IMG/VR virus record: IMGVR_UViG_3300037783_000023
Location: 1-56,706 of that record
DNA from: a virus
Lineage: Duplodnaviria; Caudoviricetes
Length of the DNA: 56,706 nucleotides
Reading direction: 5' to 3' (one strand)
A program made the translations under genes and the position numbers. The notes below the pieces were generated by a model. It ran no database searches, was not told the origin of the DNA, and saw only the letters and a program-made list of their open reading frames with translations. This document shows, one piece after another, positions 33,825 through 42,367 of the stretch. Numbering within the stretch: the first letter of the stretch is position 1; every line of letters starts with the position of its first letter.

Positions 33825-35146
33825 GTGAATTGGAGCACATGCAGCAAGCACAGGACGGCCCCTCCCTGACGCAGATCGCGTCGCGGGTTCTCAACCGGCC
33901 CCTGCTGCTACACCCGACAAAAGCTGAAATCGTTTTGCAGGTCTTGCACGGGAGGCTGCCGATTGACGGGGCCAATGTCGCGGGGCTGCGGCCTGACGCG
34001 AACCGATTTCTCGGCTCCGCGATGGGCGAGGACGGGCGGCGGCGTAAATACGCGGTCGCAAACGGGGTCGCGACGATCCCGATTGTCGGCTCGCTGGTCA
34101 ACCGGGGCGCGTGGATCGGTGCCTATTCCGGGATGGTCTCTTACGAGGGCATCGCGGCACAGCTGCGCGACGCGGCGGCAGACCCCGAGGTCTCGGCGGT
34201 GCTGCTCGACATTGACAGCCCGGGCGGAGAGGCGACGGGCATGTTCACGGTCGCCGAGCAGGTCCGGGCGCTGGCGGCTGAGAAGCCGGTCACAGCGTTT
34301 GTCAACGACATGGCGGCTTCGGCCGCCTACGGCATCGCCAGCGCAGCGACGGAGATTGTCGTCTCCCCCACCTCTGTCGTGGGCTCTATCGGTGTCGTCC
34401 TCACGCACCTCGATCGCTCCGGCGAGCTTGAGCAGAAGGGCGTGAAGGCGACCCTGATCTACGCGGGCGCGCACAAGGTAGACGGCAACCCGTTTGGGCC
34501 GCTGTCGGACGCGGTGCAGGCCGATCTGCAGGACGAGGTGATGAAGTTCTACGACCAGTTCGTCGGGCTCGTCGCGCGTGGGCGGGGCGGCATGACCGAG
34601 GAGGCCGTTCGCGCCACCGAGGCCCGCACCTTCCTCGGGCAGGAGGCCATCGACCGTGGGCTTGCTGACCGCATCGCCACGCTGGACACGGTCCTCGCCG
34701 AGTTTTCAACCACGGCCCTCGGGGCCAATACAGGAGAGGGATTTGCCATGAGCAATAGCACCCAAGCCCAAGCCCCGCAGGCTGAAAACGCGGGCATCAC
34801 CGACGCGCAGATGGCCGCAGCGGTGGACGCAGCTCGCGTCGAGGGCCAGACCCAAGGCGCGGCCGAGGCGACGGCCCGGATCAAGTCGATCCTGACCAGC
34901 GACGAGGCGAAAGGCCGCGAGGCTACCGCAATGTCGCTGGCGTTCGACACCGACCTGAGCCCCGACGCGGCGATCAAAGTGCTGGGCACCACCGCAAAGG
35001 GCACGCCGCTCGGCTCTATCGAGCAGCGCCTCGCAGGTGAGGCCGAGTTCGGCGGCGACGCCTCCGGCGCTCTCGGTGCATCGGGGGAAAAGGTGGCGAG
35101 CGGCTGGGCCGCAGCCGTCGCAAACGCAAACGCGCGGTTCGGCTGA
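33821..35146 (+). CDS. S49 prohead protease (lambda gpC-like)
   Basis: DIDSPGG, AASAAY, VGSIGV, AGAHK. Confidence 0.93.
   Translation: MSELEHMQQAQDGPSLTQIASRVLNRPLLLHPTKAEIVLQVLHGRLPIDGANVAGLRPDANRFLGSAMGEDGRRRKYAVANGVATIPIVGSLVNRGAWIGAYSGMVSYEGIAAQLRDAAADPEVSAVLLDIDSPGGEATGMFTVAEQVRALAAEKPVTAFVNDMAASAAYGIASAATEIVVSPTSVVGSIGVVLTHLDRSGELEQKGVKATLIYAGAHKVDGNPFGPLSDAVQADLQDEVMKFYDQFVGLVARGRGGMTEEAVRATEARTFLGQEAIDRGLADRIATLDTVLAEFSTTALGANTGEGFAMSNSTQAQAPQAENAGITDAQMAAAVDAARVEGQTQGAAEATARIKSILTSDEAKGREATAMSLAFDTDLSPDAAIKVLGTTAKGTPLGSIEQRLAGEAEFGGDASGALGASGEKVASGWAAAVANANARFG
34748..35146 (+). CDS. In-frame nested scaffolding protein (Nu3-like)
   Basis: Internal AGGAGAGGG RBS before in-frame ATG; Ala/Gln-rich helical sequence. 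Confidence 0.65.
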   Translation: MSNSTQAQAPQAENAGITDAQMAAAVDAARVEGQTQGAAEATARIKSILTSDEAKGREATAMSLAFDTDLSPDAAIKVLGTTAKGTPLGSIEQRLAGEAEFGGDASGALGASGEKVASGWAAAVANANARFG

Positions 35147-35173
35147 GCCACCCGCAACACAGGAGAATAGAAC

Positions 35174-35545
35174 ATGACAGTTCTCACCGAAGGCCGGCAC
35201 CCCGGCGAGTTCCTTATGAGCGAGGCCAACCGCCAGCGTTCACGGGACAATATCACCGTCGCCAGTGGCGCGGGCGTGATCGCCCCCGGCACAGTGCTGG
35301 GCAAGGTCACGGCCTCCGGCAAGTATCTCGCCAGCGCGGCAGGGGCGGACGATGGCAGCCAGACAGCCGTCGCCGTGGCTCTTTACGGCTGCGACGCCAC
35401 GTCGGCCGACGCGAACATCGCCGCCATCGTGCGCGACGCGGAGGTCAACGGCTCAGTCCTGACCTATCACGCAGACCGCGACCAGCCTGCCGAGAAGGCA
35501 GCCGCCAACGCGGCCCTCGCGGCTGTGGGCATCATCGTCCGCTGA
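35174..35545 (+). CDS. Head decoration protein (gpD-like)
   Basis: PGTVLGK...DGSQTAVAV; between protease and capsid. Confidence 0.85.
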   Translation: MTVLTEGRHPGEFLMSEANRQRSRDNITVASGAGVIAPGTVLGKVTASGKYLASAAGADDGSQTAVAVALYGCDATSADANIAAIVRDAEVNGSVLTYHADRDQPAEKAAANAALAAVGIIVR

Positions 35546-35573
35546 TCGCGGCTTAGACCAAGGGAAAAGATCA

Positions 35574-36608
35574 ATGTCGGTCCTCAACGTATTCAATCAG
35601 GACGCATTCAGCGTCATGCGCCTCACGGACGCGCTTCGTGAAATCAAGTATGTGCCGTCCCGCATCGGGCAGCTCGGCCTGTTCGCCACCACCAGCATCG
35701 ACACGCTGGACATTGCCATCGAAAAAGACCGCGAGCAGAACCAGATCCTCATCGGCTCTACCCCTCGCGGTGGCCCGGGCCAGACGTTCGGCAAGAACGG
35801 CCGCTCGCTGCGGACGCTGCGCGTGCCGCATTTCCAAGTGGACGATGCCATCATGGCCGACGAGGTCCAGCAGGTCCGCGCGTTCGGCTCTGAGGTTTCC
35901 GTCGAGCGGCTGCAGCAGAAGATTGCCGACCGAGCGGCCGAGGCCAGCCAGTTCTTCGCTTTGACCGAGGAGTTTCACCGCCTGAACATCCTCAAGAGCG
36001 GCAAGCTGCTCGACGCTAACCAAGAGGTGATCTTCGATTACTTCACCGAGTTTGGCGAGACTGCACCGGCCGAAATCGACTTCGATCTAGACAACGCGAA
36101 CCCGGCGGAGGGTGCCCTGCGCAAGAAGTGTGTCGGCGTGGTTCGCCAAATGGCTGCCATCCTCGACGGCCTGCCGTACACCGGCATCCACGCTTTCTGC
36201 GGGGACGCCTTCTTCGATGACCTGATCGCCCATCCGGAAGTGCGCGAGACCTACAAGGGCTTCGCCGAGGCTTCGACGCTTCGCTCCGCCTATGCAAGCG
36301 CCAACGGTCAGCAGGGCACTTTCGGCACTTTTGAGTTCGGCGGGATCACCTTCGAGAATTATCGCGGCGGCGGCTCCATCGGCATCGACACCAACAAATG
36401 CCACATTTTCCCGCTCGGCGTGCCCGGCCTGTTCCGCACGGTCTATGCCCCGGCCGATTACATCGAGACGGTGAACACTCAGGGGCAGCGCCTCTATGGC
36501 AAGCAATACGAGATGCAGAACGGCAAGGGTGTGAACCTCGAGTTCCAGATGAACGCCCTGCAATACTGCACCCGTCCGCGCGTGCTGATCCCGGGCAAGC
36601 GCACCTAA
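35574..36608 (+). CDS. Major capsid protein (gpE family)
   Basis: Position and motifs (FSVMRLT.A, RGGPG, APADY.ETVNT, CTRPRVL). Confidence 0.9.
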   Translation: MSVLNVFNQDAFSVMRLTDALREIKYVPSRIGQLGLFATTSIDTLDIAIEKDREQNQILIGSTPRGGPGQTFGKNGRSLRTLRVPHFQVDDAIMADEVQQVRAFGSEVSVERLQQKIADRAAEASQFFALTEEFHRLNILKSGKLLDANQEVIFDYFTEFGETAPAEIDFDLDNANPAEGALRKKCVGVVRQMAAILDGLPYTGIHAFCGDAFFDDLIAHPEVRETYKGFAEASTLRSAYASANGQQGTFGTFEFGGITFENYRGGGSIGIDTNKCHIFPLGVPGLFRTVYAPADYIETVNTQGQRLYGKQYEMQNGKGVNLEFQMNALQYCTRPRVLIPGKRT

Positions 36609-36636
36609 TCGGTCGCGCTCCTAAAGGACACAAAAC

Positions 36637-37053
36637 ATGGCCTCTCCGTTTGACGATCTTGACGCGCTGGTCTCCGGCGCGATTGGCGACGCATTCGGGG
36701 AGGTCGCGGTCCTGCGCCCCCGTATCTCCTCGCAGTATGTGGAGCGCGCAGACGACCCATCCCGCCCGATTGCAACCGTGACCGGCGTGTTCTCGGCGGG
36801 GCCCGCAGACGACAAGCTCAAGGGCGGTTCGGCGGGCAGCGAGTTTTCAGGCGGCACGCGCGTCGTGTCGCAAAGCGCCGAGTTCTGGCTCCCTGCGGAG
36901 CAGGTTCGGGCGCTGGTCGCGCGACCTGTAAAGGGCGACGCGCTGACGCTGACCGGGCGCGATGGCGCGCCGGTCTATTCGATTTCACAGGTCCACCCCT
37001 CGGACATGGGCGACCTGAATTTGATCTTGACGTGGGAGGACCAGCCGACATGA
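36637..37053 (+). CDS. Head-tail joining/closure protein
   Basis: Position after capsid; FGE...KGD.L..Y pattern. Confidence 0.6.
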   Translation: MASPFDDLDALVSGAIGDAFGEVAVLRPRISSQYVERADDPSRPIATVTGVFSAGPADDKLKGGSAGSEFSGGTRVVSQSAEFWLPAEQVRALVARPVKGDALTLTGRDGAPVYSISQVHPSDMGDLNLILTWEDQPT

Positions 37054-37856
37054 GCCTGACACGCCTCGCCATGCGCCTCGCGGCGGCCCGGGCGCTGCGG
37101 GACAAAACGCTGGCCGGGGCGCGCGTCTTTGACAGCGCGGTGGACCCGATTGACCAGACTATCCGCGAGCAGCGTTTGCCCCTGCTGGTCCTTACTACCG
37201 ACGAGCACGAGCTCGGGGTGATAGGCCGCGACATGAATAGCGGGGATCATCGCTGCGATCTGGTGATTGAGCTCGCCATTGCCTCGCGCGTCGAGGTGCC
37301 GGCCGAGGACGGCGACGGCGGCGACATAACGATTGCCATACCCCACACAGACGAGGGCATGGAGCTAACGCTGGACCTGATGGAGCATCAGGTGGTCTCG
37401 GCGCTGACGCGAGATGACGGGGCTTGGTCCGGAGCGTGGATGATGTTGGTGCCGCGGATCACGCGGCAGGTGTCCCGGCGCGGGGCCTCCGCTGAGAATG
37501 GTGTGCGCTTCGCGGCGCGTCAGCTGACCCTGAGCTGCGACCTGATCGACGCCCCCGCCCCCGGCGCTGCGCTACCTGCGGCCGGGGCGTGGTCAAAGGT
37601 GCTGGCGCTCATGGAGGCGGACCCGGCGATGGCAGGTATCGCATCCCTTATCCGGGCAGAAATTGAGGGCGAGCTGGTGGCCGAGTGGCAGCGGGCCGCC
37701 CACGACCTCGGTGTGCCGCTGGGCGTCTCTGACGGCCTCGGCCTCGGGCCGAATGGCGACCTGTCTTCCGACCCAGCGGCATTTATCGCTGCTGCTATCA
37801 GCGGAGGCGCCGACGACGTGAACGTGACCGAGGACGAGCCCGATGGCGGTGCGTGA
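37050..37856 (+). CDS. Tail completion/terminator-like protein
   Basis: TLAGARVFDS motif; position before gpV. Confidence 0.55.
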   Translation: MSLTRLAMRLAAARALRDKTLAGARVFDSAVDPIDQTIREQRLPLLVLTTDEHELGVIGRDMNSGDHRCDLVIELAIASRVEVPAEDGDGGDITIAIPHTDEGMELTLDLMEHQVVSALTRDDGAWSGAWMMLVPRITRQVSRRGASAENGVRFAARQLTLSCDLIDAPAPGAALPAAGAWSKVLALMEADPAMAGIASLIRAEIEGELVAEWQRAAHDLGVPLGVSDGLGLGPNGDLSSDPAAFIAAAISGGADDVNVTEDEPDGGA

Positions 37857-38355
37857 ATTGGTGGAGCTGGTCTCCCGGGTGGCTGAGCTTGAGCGGCGTT
37901 TCGCTGGCGTGATGCGCCACGGCACGGTCGCCGAGGTAGACCCCGAGCGCCAGCGCGTCCGGCTGGACCTTGGGCCTGCCCACGGGGGCGAAGGACGGTT
38001 CCTGTCGCCTTGGGTGCCCTACGCTCAGTTCTCGGGCGCTCTGCGCGTGCACACGCCCCCGACGGTGGGCCAGCAGCTCACGGCCATGTCTCCGACCGGC
38101 GACTTCCAGCAGGCGGTGGCGCTGCCCCTGACGCACCACACCGGCAACCCAAGCCCGTCCACGGCGGGCGACGAGAACGTCGTCACCTATGGCAACGTGC
38201 GCATGACGCTGGCGGATGATCTGGTCCGGGTCGATGTGGGCGGCACGCTGTTCGAGCTGACCTCGGCGAAGATCACGCTGTCCACGGGCGGCAGCAGCAT
38301 CGAAATGACCGACGCGGGCGTAAAGGTCAAAGGCGCGCGCATCGACCTCAACTGA
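37843..38355 (+). CDS. Baseplate spike/assembly protein V (P2 gpV-like)
   Basis: GTVAEVD..RVR...SPWVP...PTVGQQ. Confidence 0.85.
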   Translation: MAVRELVELVSRVAELERRFAGVMRHGTVAEVDPERQRVRLDLGPAHGGEGRFLSPWVPYAQFSGALRVHTPPTVGQQLTAMSPTGDFQQAVALPLTHHTGNPSPSTAGDENVVTYGNVRMTLADDLVRVDVGGTLFELTSAKITLSTGGSSIEMTDAGVKVKGARIDLN

Positions 38356-38366
38356 CGGAGGCGCAA

Positions 38367-38663
38367 ATGCCAGCGGTCGCGAGGATCGGGGACCCGTTCT
38401 CTACGGGGCACCCCTGTGATGGGGCGAGCACGATTGCCGGGGGCAGCCCAAACGTCTTTGCCAACAGCATCAGCGTGTCCCGCCGGGGCGACCCGTCGGC
38501 CTCGCACACGCTCTTGGTGGGCGATGTGTGCGTGCCCCACACGGTCCCGATCATCGGCGGCAGCGCCAGCGTGTTCGTCAACGGAATTGCAATCGCCCGG
38601 GTCGGTGACGCCATCGACAAGGGCTCAATCACCGGCGGCTCGCCGGACGTCTTCGCAGGATAG
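38367..38663 (+). CDS. PAAR-domain spike tip
   Basis: PAVARIGD, SRRGD, IARVGD, GSPDVF repeats. Confidence 0.9.
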   Translation: MPAVARIGDPFSTGHPCDGASTIAGGSPNVFANSISVSRRGDPSASHTLLVGDVCVPHTVPIIGGSASVFVNGIAIARVGDAIDKGSITGGSPDVFAG

Positions 38664-38674
38664 AGGAGGGCAGG

Positions 38675-38914
38675 ATGCCACGCTACGCGATCACCGAGAA
38701 GGCCGGACGCTTCGTCGCCGGGACCAATAACACAGGGGTCGGCACGGTGCTGAACCTGACCGAGAAGCAGGCGGAGCACGAGGTTCGCCTCGGCGCGCTG
38801 CGGCCGCTTGACGGCCCGCAGCCCGAGCCTGTCGAGCAGAAGGCCGAGGGGCAGACCGGCGTCGAGCCGGAAAAGGCCACGAAGCAGGCGGCCCCCAAGG
38901 GCGCGAAGAAGTAA
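38675..38914 (+). CDS. Hypothetical tail-region protein
   Basis: GAGGAGG RBS. Confidence 0.65.
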   Translation: MPRYAITEKAGRFVAGTNNTGVGTVLNLTEKQAEHEVRLGALRPLDGPQPEPVEQKAEGQTGVEPEKATKQAAPKGAKK

Positions 38915-38928
38915 CTCGGGGCTGACCG

Positions 38929-39351
38929 ATGGAAACGACGTATTCGAGCCCGTCGGTCGGCCTAAACGCGGCCACCGGCGGCACGATTGAGGGCTGGTCG
39001 CACGTCGCGCAGTCGTTGCAATCGGTGTTCACTACCCGGTTCGGCGAGCGCGTCATGCGAGAATGGTTCGGCTCTTTCGTGCCGACGCTGCTCGGACGAA
39101 ACATCAATCAGGCAGAGCTGCCGCTGTTCTACGCTGCCTTCACTTCGGCCATCGAGCAATGGGAGCCCCGCTATTCGGTCACGGAGGTGGGGGTCCTAGA
39201 GGTCTCGCGGGCTGGCGTGGTGCGGCTGTCGATCACAGGCGAATATCGGCCTCGGGCCCTGCTCGGGGACCTGACCTCGGCCGGGCTGCGCAGCCTCGTG
39301 ATCAGCGCGACCGACGCGGGGCTCATAATTGACGAAGGCGGCATCGCATGA
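38929..39351 (+). CDS. Baseplate wedge gpW/gp25-like protein
   Basis: HVAQS...TTRFGERVMR..FGS...WEPR. Confidence 0.85.
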   Translation: METTYSSPSVGLNAATGGTIEGWSHVAQSLQSVFTTRFGERVMREWFGSFVPTLLGRNINQAELPLFYAAFTSAIEQWEPRYSVTEVGVLEVSRAGVVRLSITGEYRPRALLGDLTSAGLRSLVISATDAGLIIDEGGIA

Positions 39352-40202
39352 GCAACATCAGCACGATTGACCTGTCCTCTCTGCCGCCCCCGGGCGTGAT
39401 CGAGGAGCTGGACTTCGAGGTTATCCTTCGGGCGATGCGCGACGATCTGGTGGCGCGCTTCCCCGCGATTGAGCCGGTGATCGACCTTGAGAGCGAGCCT
39501 GCGCGCAAGCTGCTTGAGGTCTGCGCCTATCGCGAGCTCTTGCTTCGGCAACGGGTCAACGATGCGGCGCGCGCCAACCTGCTGGCCTTTTCCGGGACCA
39601 CCGACCTTGACCATCTCGCCAGCTTCTATGGTGTCACCCGCCTGACGGACGAGACCGACACCGCCCTGCGCCTGCGGGTGCAGCAACGCATTCAGGGCTG
39701 GTCCAATGCGGGCGGCGCTGCGCACTATCGCTATTGGGCCCTGACGTCGGACGAGCGCGTCTCTGACGCGGCTGTCTCCTCCCCAAGCGCAGGCATCGTG
39801 CGGATTGCCGTGCTCTCGGCCGAGGGGGATGGCGGGGCGTCAGATGAATTGCTGGCCTCTGTGCGGGCGACGGTCCTGCGCGACGACATTCGCGTCCTGA
39901 CGGACACGGTCGATGTCGTCTCCGCCAGCATTGTTCCGGTCGATGTCACCGCCACGGTTTATCTCTATCCGGACACCCCGGCAGAGGTGATCGAGCAACT
40001 GCGCGCCGATTTCCCGGTGCGCTTTGCCGCGGCGCGCGGGCTTGGGTGGGATTTGACCCGGTCGTGGGTGAGCGCGCAGCTCCACCCGTCCGGGGTGCAG
40101 CGCGTCGAGCTGGCATCGCCATCAGGCGACACGATCATCGACGATGAACAGTGCGTCGCGCTGGGCGCGACGGAAATCATCTTCGGAGGACGCGACCGAT
40201 GA
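39348..40202 (+). CDS. Baseplate J-like protein
   Basis: IDLSSLPPP.VIEELDFE, ESEP..KLLE..AYRE, NAG...HY. Confidence 0.92.
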   Translation: MSNISTIDLSSLPPPGVIEELDFEVILRAMRDDLVARFPAIEPVIDLESEPARKLLEVCAYRELLLRQRVNDAARANLLAFSGTTDLDHLASFYGVTRLTDETDTALRLRVQQRIQGWSNAGGAAHYRYWALTSDERVSDAAVSSPSAGIVRIAVLSAEGDGGASDELLASVRATVLRDDIRVLTDTVDVVSASIVPVDVTATVYLYPDTPAEVIEQLRADFPVRFAAARGLGWDLTRSWVSAQLHPSGVQRVELASPSGDTIIDDEQCVALGATEIIFGGRDR

Positions 40203-41644
40203 ACGTGCAATCGCTGCTCCCATCGGGCTCGACCGAGTTTGAGCTGGCGATGGAGGCGGCGACGGCGCTGGACGCCAGAGCCCCGGCCATCCGGCCCAAC
40301 GCCCGGGCAAAGCTCGACGGGTTCGACCCCTTCGTGCCGTGGCTGATTTGGGAGTACGGGCTCGGAGAAATCCTGCCGTTCCTGAGCGATCCGCAGCGGG
40401 CGCTGCGCGAGGGGGTGCAATGGCAACGCCTGCGCGGCACGCCGGAGGCCCTGCGTATTGCCTTCTCGTGGCGTGATTTGGACGGGGTTCAGGTCTATCA
40501 GGAGGAGCCCGGCCAACACTTCGCCGCGTTCCAGATCGACACAAACGCAGTCCCGCCGGTCGAGGACATTGACGATCTGATCGCGCTCGCTCGCCTGTCG
40601 GCACCGGCGCGGTCGCGGCTGGCTCGTATCTTTCACGGCTATGACCTGCGGCGGATCAAGCTGGACGACACGCGGCTCGGGGACGGGCTGCTCAGCGATT
40701 ACAGCGGCGTTCTGCACACGGACGGGCGAACCCGCCTGTCCTTTGGGCGCTCAGTGCGGGCAACGGTGCCTGCGCCAGAGGCCCGGACGCACACAGGCAT
40801 CTTCGTCGACCATGTCGGGCGCGCGTTCCTGCCGGGCCGGTTTGTTCTGTCGGACAGCAGGCTTGACGACGACCGGGCGACGCCCAACCCGTTTATCTAC
40901 CACTCGCACCTCTTTACGCTGGCCAACGCTGCCGGGGTTCCGGACGAGCCCGCCGAATTCCTGCCGACGCGCAAGTTCCAGCGGGCGCAGGTGGTGCTCT
41001 CAGAGGGGATGCGCCTCGGCGACCTGAACAGCAGGACGCCCCCGGTGGATTGGGTTTTCTACGAGGGCCGCAAGCGGCTTTCCGAGGAGGCTGCGGTCTC
41101 CGGCAACCCGGCCGAGCTGCGGCGCACCCGGCGCACGGAAATGTTCGAGCGACGGGCGGCGGGTGCGGCTCTGGCGCCTTCGCCATCGGTCGCTGCTCGC
41201 TGGGGCCACGTCCTGCGCACCCACGCCTTCGGCGGCCGGTCGCAGGTTTACCGCCTGTCGGACACTGTCCGCCAGCTCCCGCCGGTCTGGTACGCTCAGC
41301 CTTCGCGGGCGCTTGCAGCCGAGACCTATCAGGTGGCGATGCGCGTGCGGGACGCGGTGCGTGCCGACGCTCGCGTTTCTGAGGCGCAGCGGTTTACTCC
41401 CGGGCAGGTGCGGCGAGCTGATGCGCGTGCGGTGGGCGACGGCCTCGCTTTAACGCCGACCAACCCGTCTCGGGCGCTTCTGCCTGAGCTCTACGACCCG
41501 GCGGCGCTCCCGACGCGGTCCAGCGAGGTCACAGGCGATGTGGCCTACTCCGGGCAGTTCTGGCTGCCCCTCTACTATGTGGACCAGCCGTGGTCCGATG
41601 TGCAGGTCCTCGTGGGGGCCATGCACCGAACCGACGACACCTAA
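40199..41644 (+). CDS. P2 gpI-like tail protein with long C-terminal extension
   Basis: SLLPSGST.FE, PWLIWEYG, RGTP.AL. Confidence 0.8.
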   Translation: MNVQSLLPSGSTEFELAMEAATALDARAPAIRPNARAKLDGFDPFVPWLIWEYGLGEILPFLSDPQRALREGVQWQRLRGTPEALRIAFSWRDLDGVQVYQEEPGQHFAAFQIDTNAVPPVEDIDDLIALARLSAPARSRLARIFHGYDLRRIKLDDTRLGDGLLSDYSGVLHTDGRTRLSFGRSVRATVPAPEARTHTGIFVDHVGRAFLPGRFVLSDSRLDDDRATPNPFIYHSHLFTLANAAGVPDEPAEFLPTRKFQRAQVVLSEGMRLGDLNSRTPPVDWVFYEGRKRLSEEAAVSGNPAELRRTRRTEMFERRAAGAALAPSPSVAARWGHVLRTHAFGGRSQVYRLSDTVRQLPPVWYAQPSRALAAETYQVAMRVRDAVRADARVSEAQRFTPGQVRRADARAVGDGLALTPTNPSRALLPELYDPAALPTRSSEVTGDVAYSGQFWLPLYYVDQPWSDVQVLVGAMHRTDDT

Positions 41645-41656
41645 CAGGAGGCCGCG

Positions 41657-42352
41657 ATGGCTATTATGACGCGCTCGGGTCGTGCTGCTCTGGCAGACGC
41701 GATCCGCCAGCGCCCGCTTCACCTCGCATGGGGGACGGGCAATACAGAATGGGACACCGCCGCTCCGCAGGCCACACTCGCATTCGGCGAGAACGATGTG
41801 CTGCAGCTGCCTCACGCTTACGTCTCAGGCGTGGTTCTGTCGTCAGCCGATGGGAATACGACCTATTCGGCCGGGACCGACTATAGCGCGGACGGATCGA
41901 CCGGCCGCGTGACGCGGATCGTCACTGGCGGCATCGCTGCCGACGCAACAGTTCGGGCGGACTATACCATCGAAACGCCTCCGCCCGACGTGGCGCAGAC
42001 CGCCCTGCTGGGTGAGCTTGGCCGCCGGGCGGTGGACGAGGTCGCCTTCGTGGTCGCGGACGACGAGGGGGCTATCGTGGCTCCGACCGGGCGCTTCACA
42101 CTGTCGGCTGATCCGACAAATCACCTCTTTGTTCGGGTGCGCTTCGAGTTCGAGGACGCCCCTGACGCTGTGATCCGTGAGCAAGGCCTCTTTGTCGGCA
42201 CGGCCACCGATCCCGCCCTCCCGGCGGGGCTGCGGTATTTTGAGCCCGCAGCCATCACCGATCCCGGCATCCTGCTGATCGTGCAGAACACTGTGCCGAT
42301 CATCCGCCAACCCTCGACCCGCGAGACCTTCGAGTTCGTGGTCACGTTCTAA
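41657..42352 (+). CDS. Baseplate/tail-fibre attachment protein
   Basis: AIMTRSGR...LAWGTG...IREQGLF...ETFEFVVTF. Confidence 0.6.
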   Translation: MAIMTRSGRAALADAIRQRPLHLAWGTGNTEWDTAAPQATLAFGENDVLQLPHAYVSGVVLSSADGNTTYSAGTDYSADGSTGRVTRIVTGGIAADATVRADYTIETPPPDVAQTALLGELGRRAVDEVAFVVADDEGAIVAPTGRFTLSADPTNHLFVRVRFEFEDAPDAVIREQGLFVGTATDPALPAGLRYFEPAAITDPGILLIVQNTVPIIRQPSTRETFEFVVTF

Positions 42353-42367
42353 TCAGGAGGGCACCCC

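Noticed and set aside
38367-38663. Type VI secretion or tailocin locus
   Set aside because: PAAR gene lies in a complete phage with capsid and terminase; it is the spike tip
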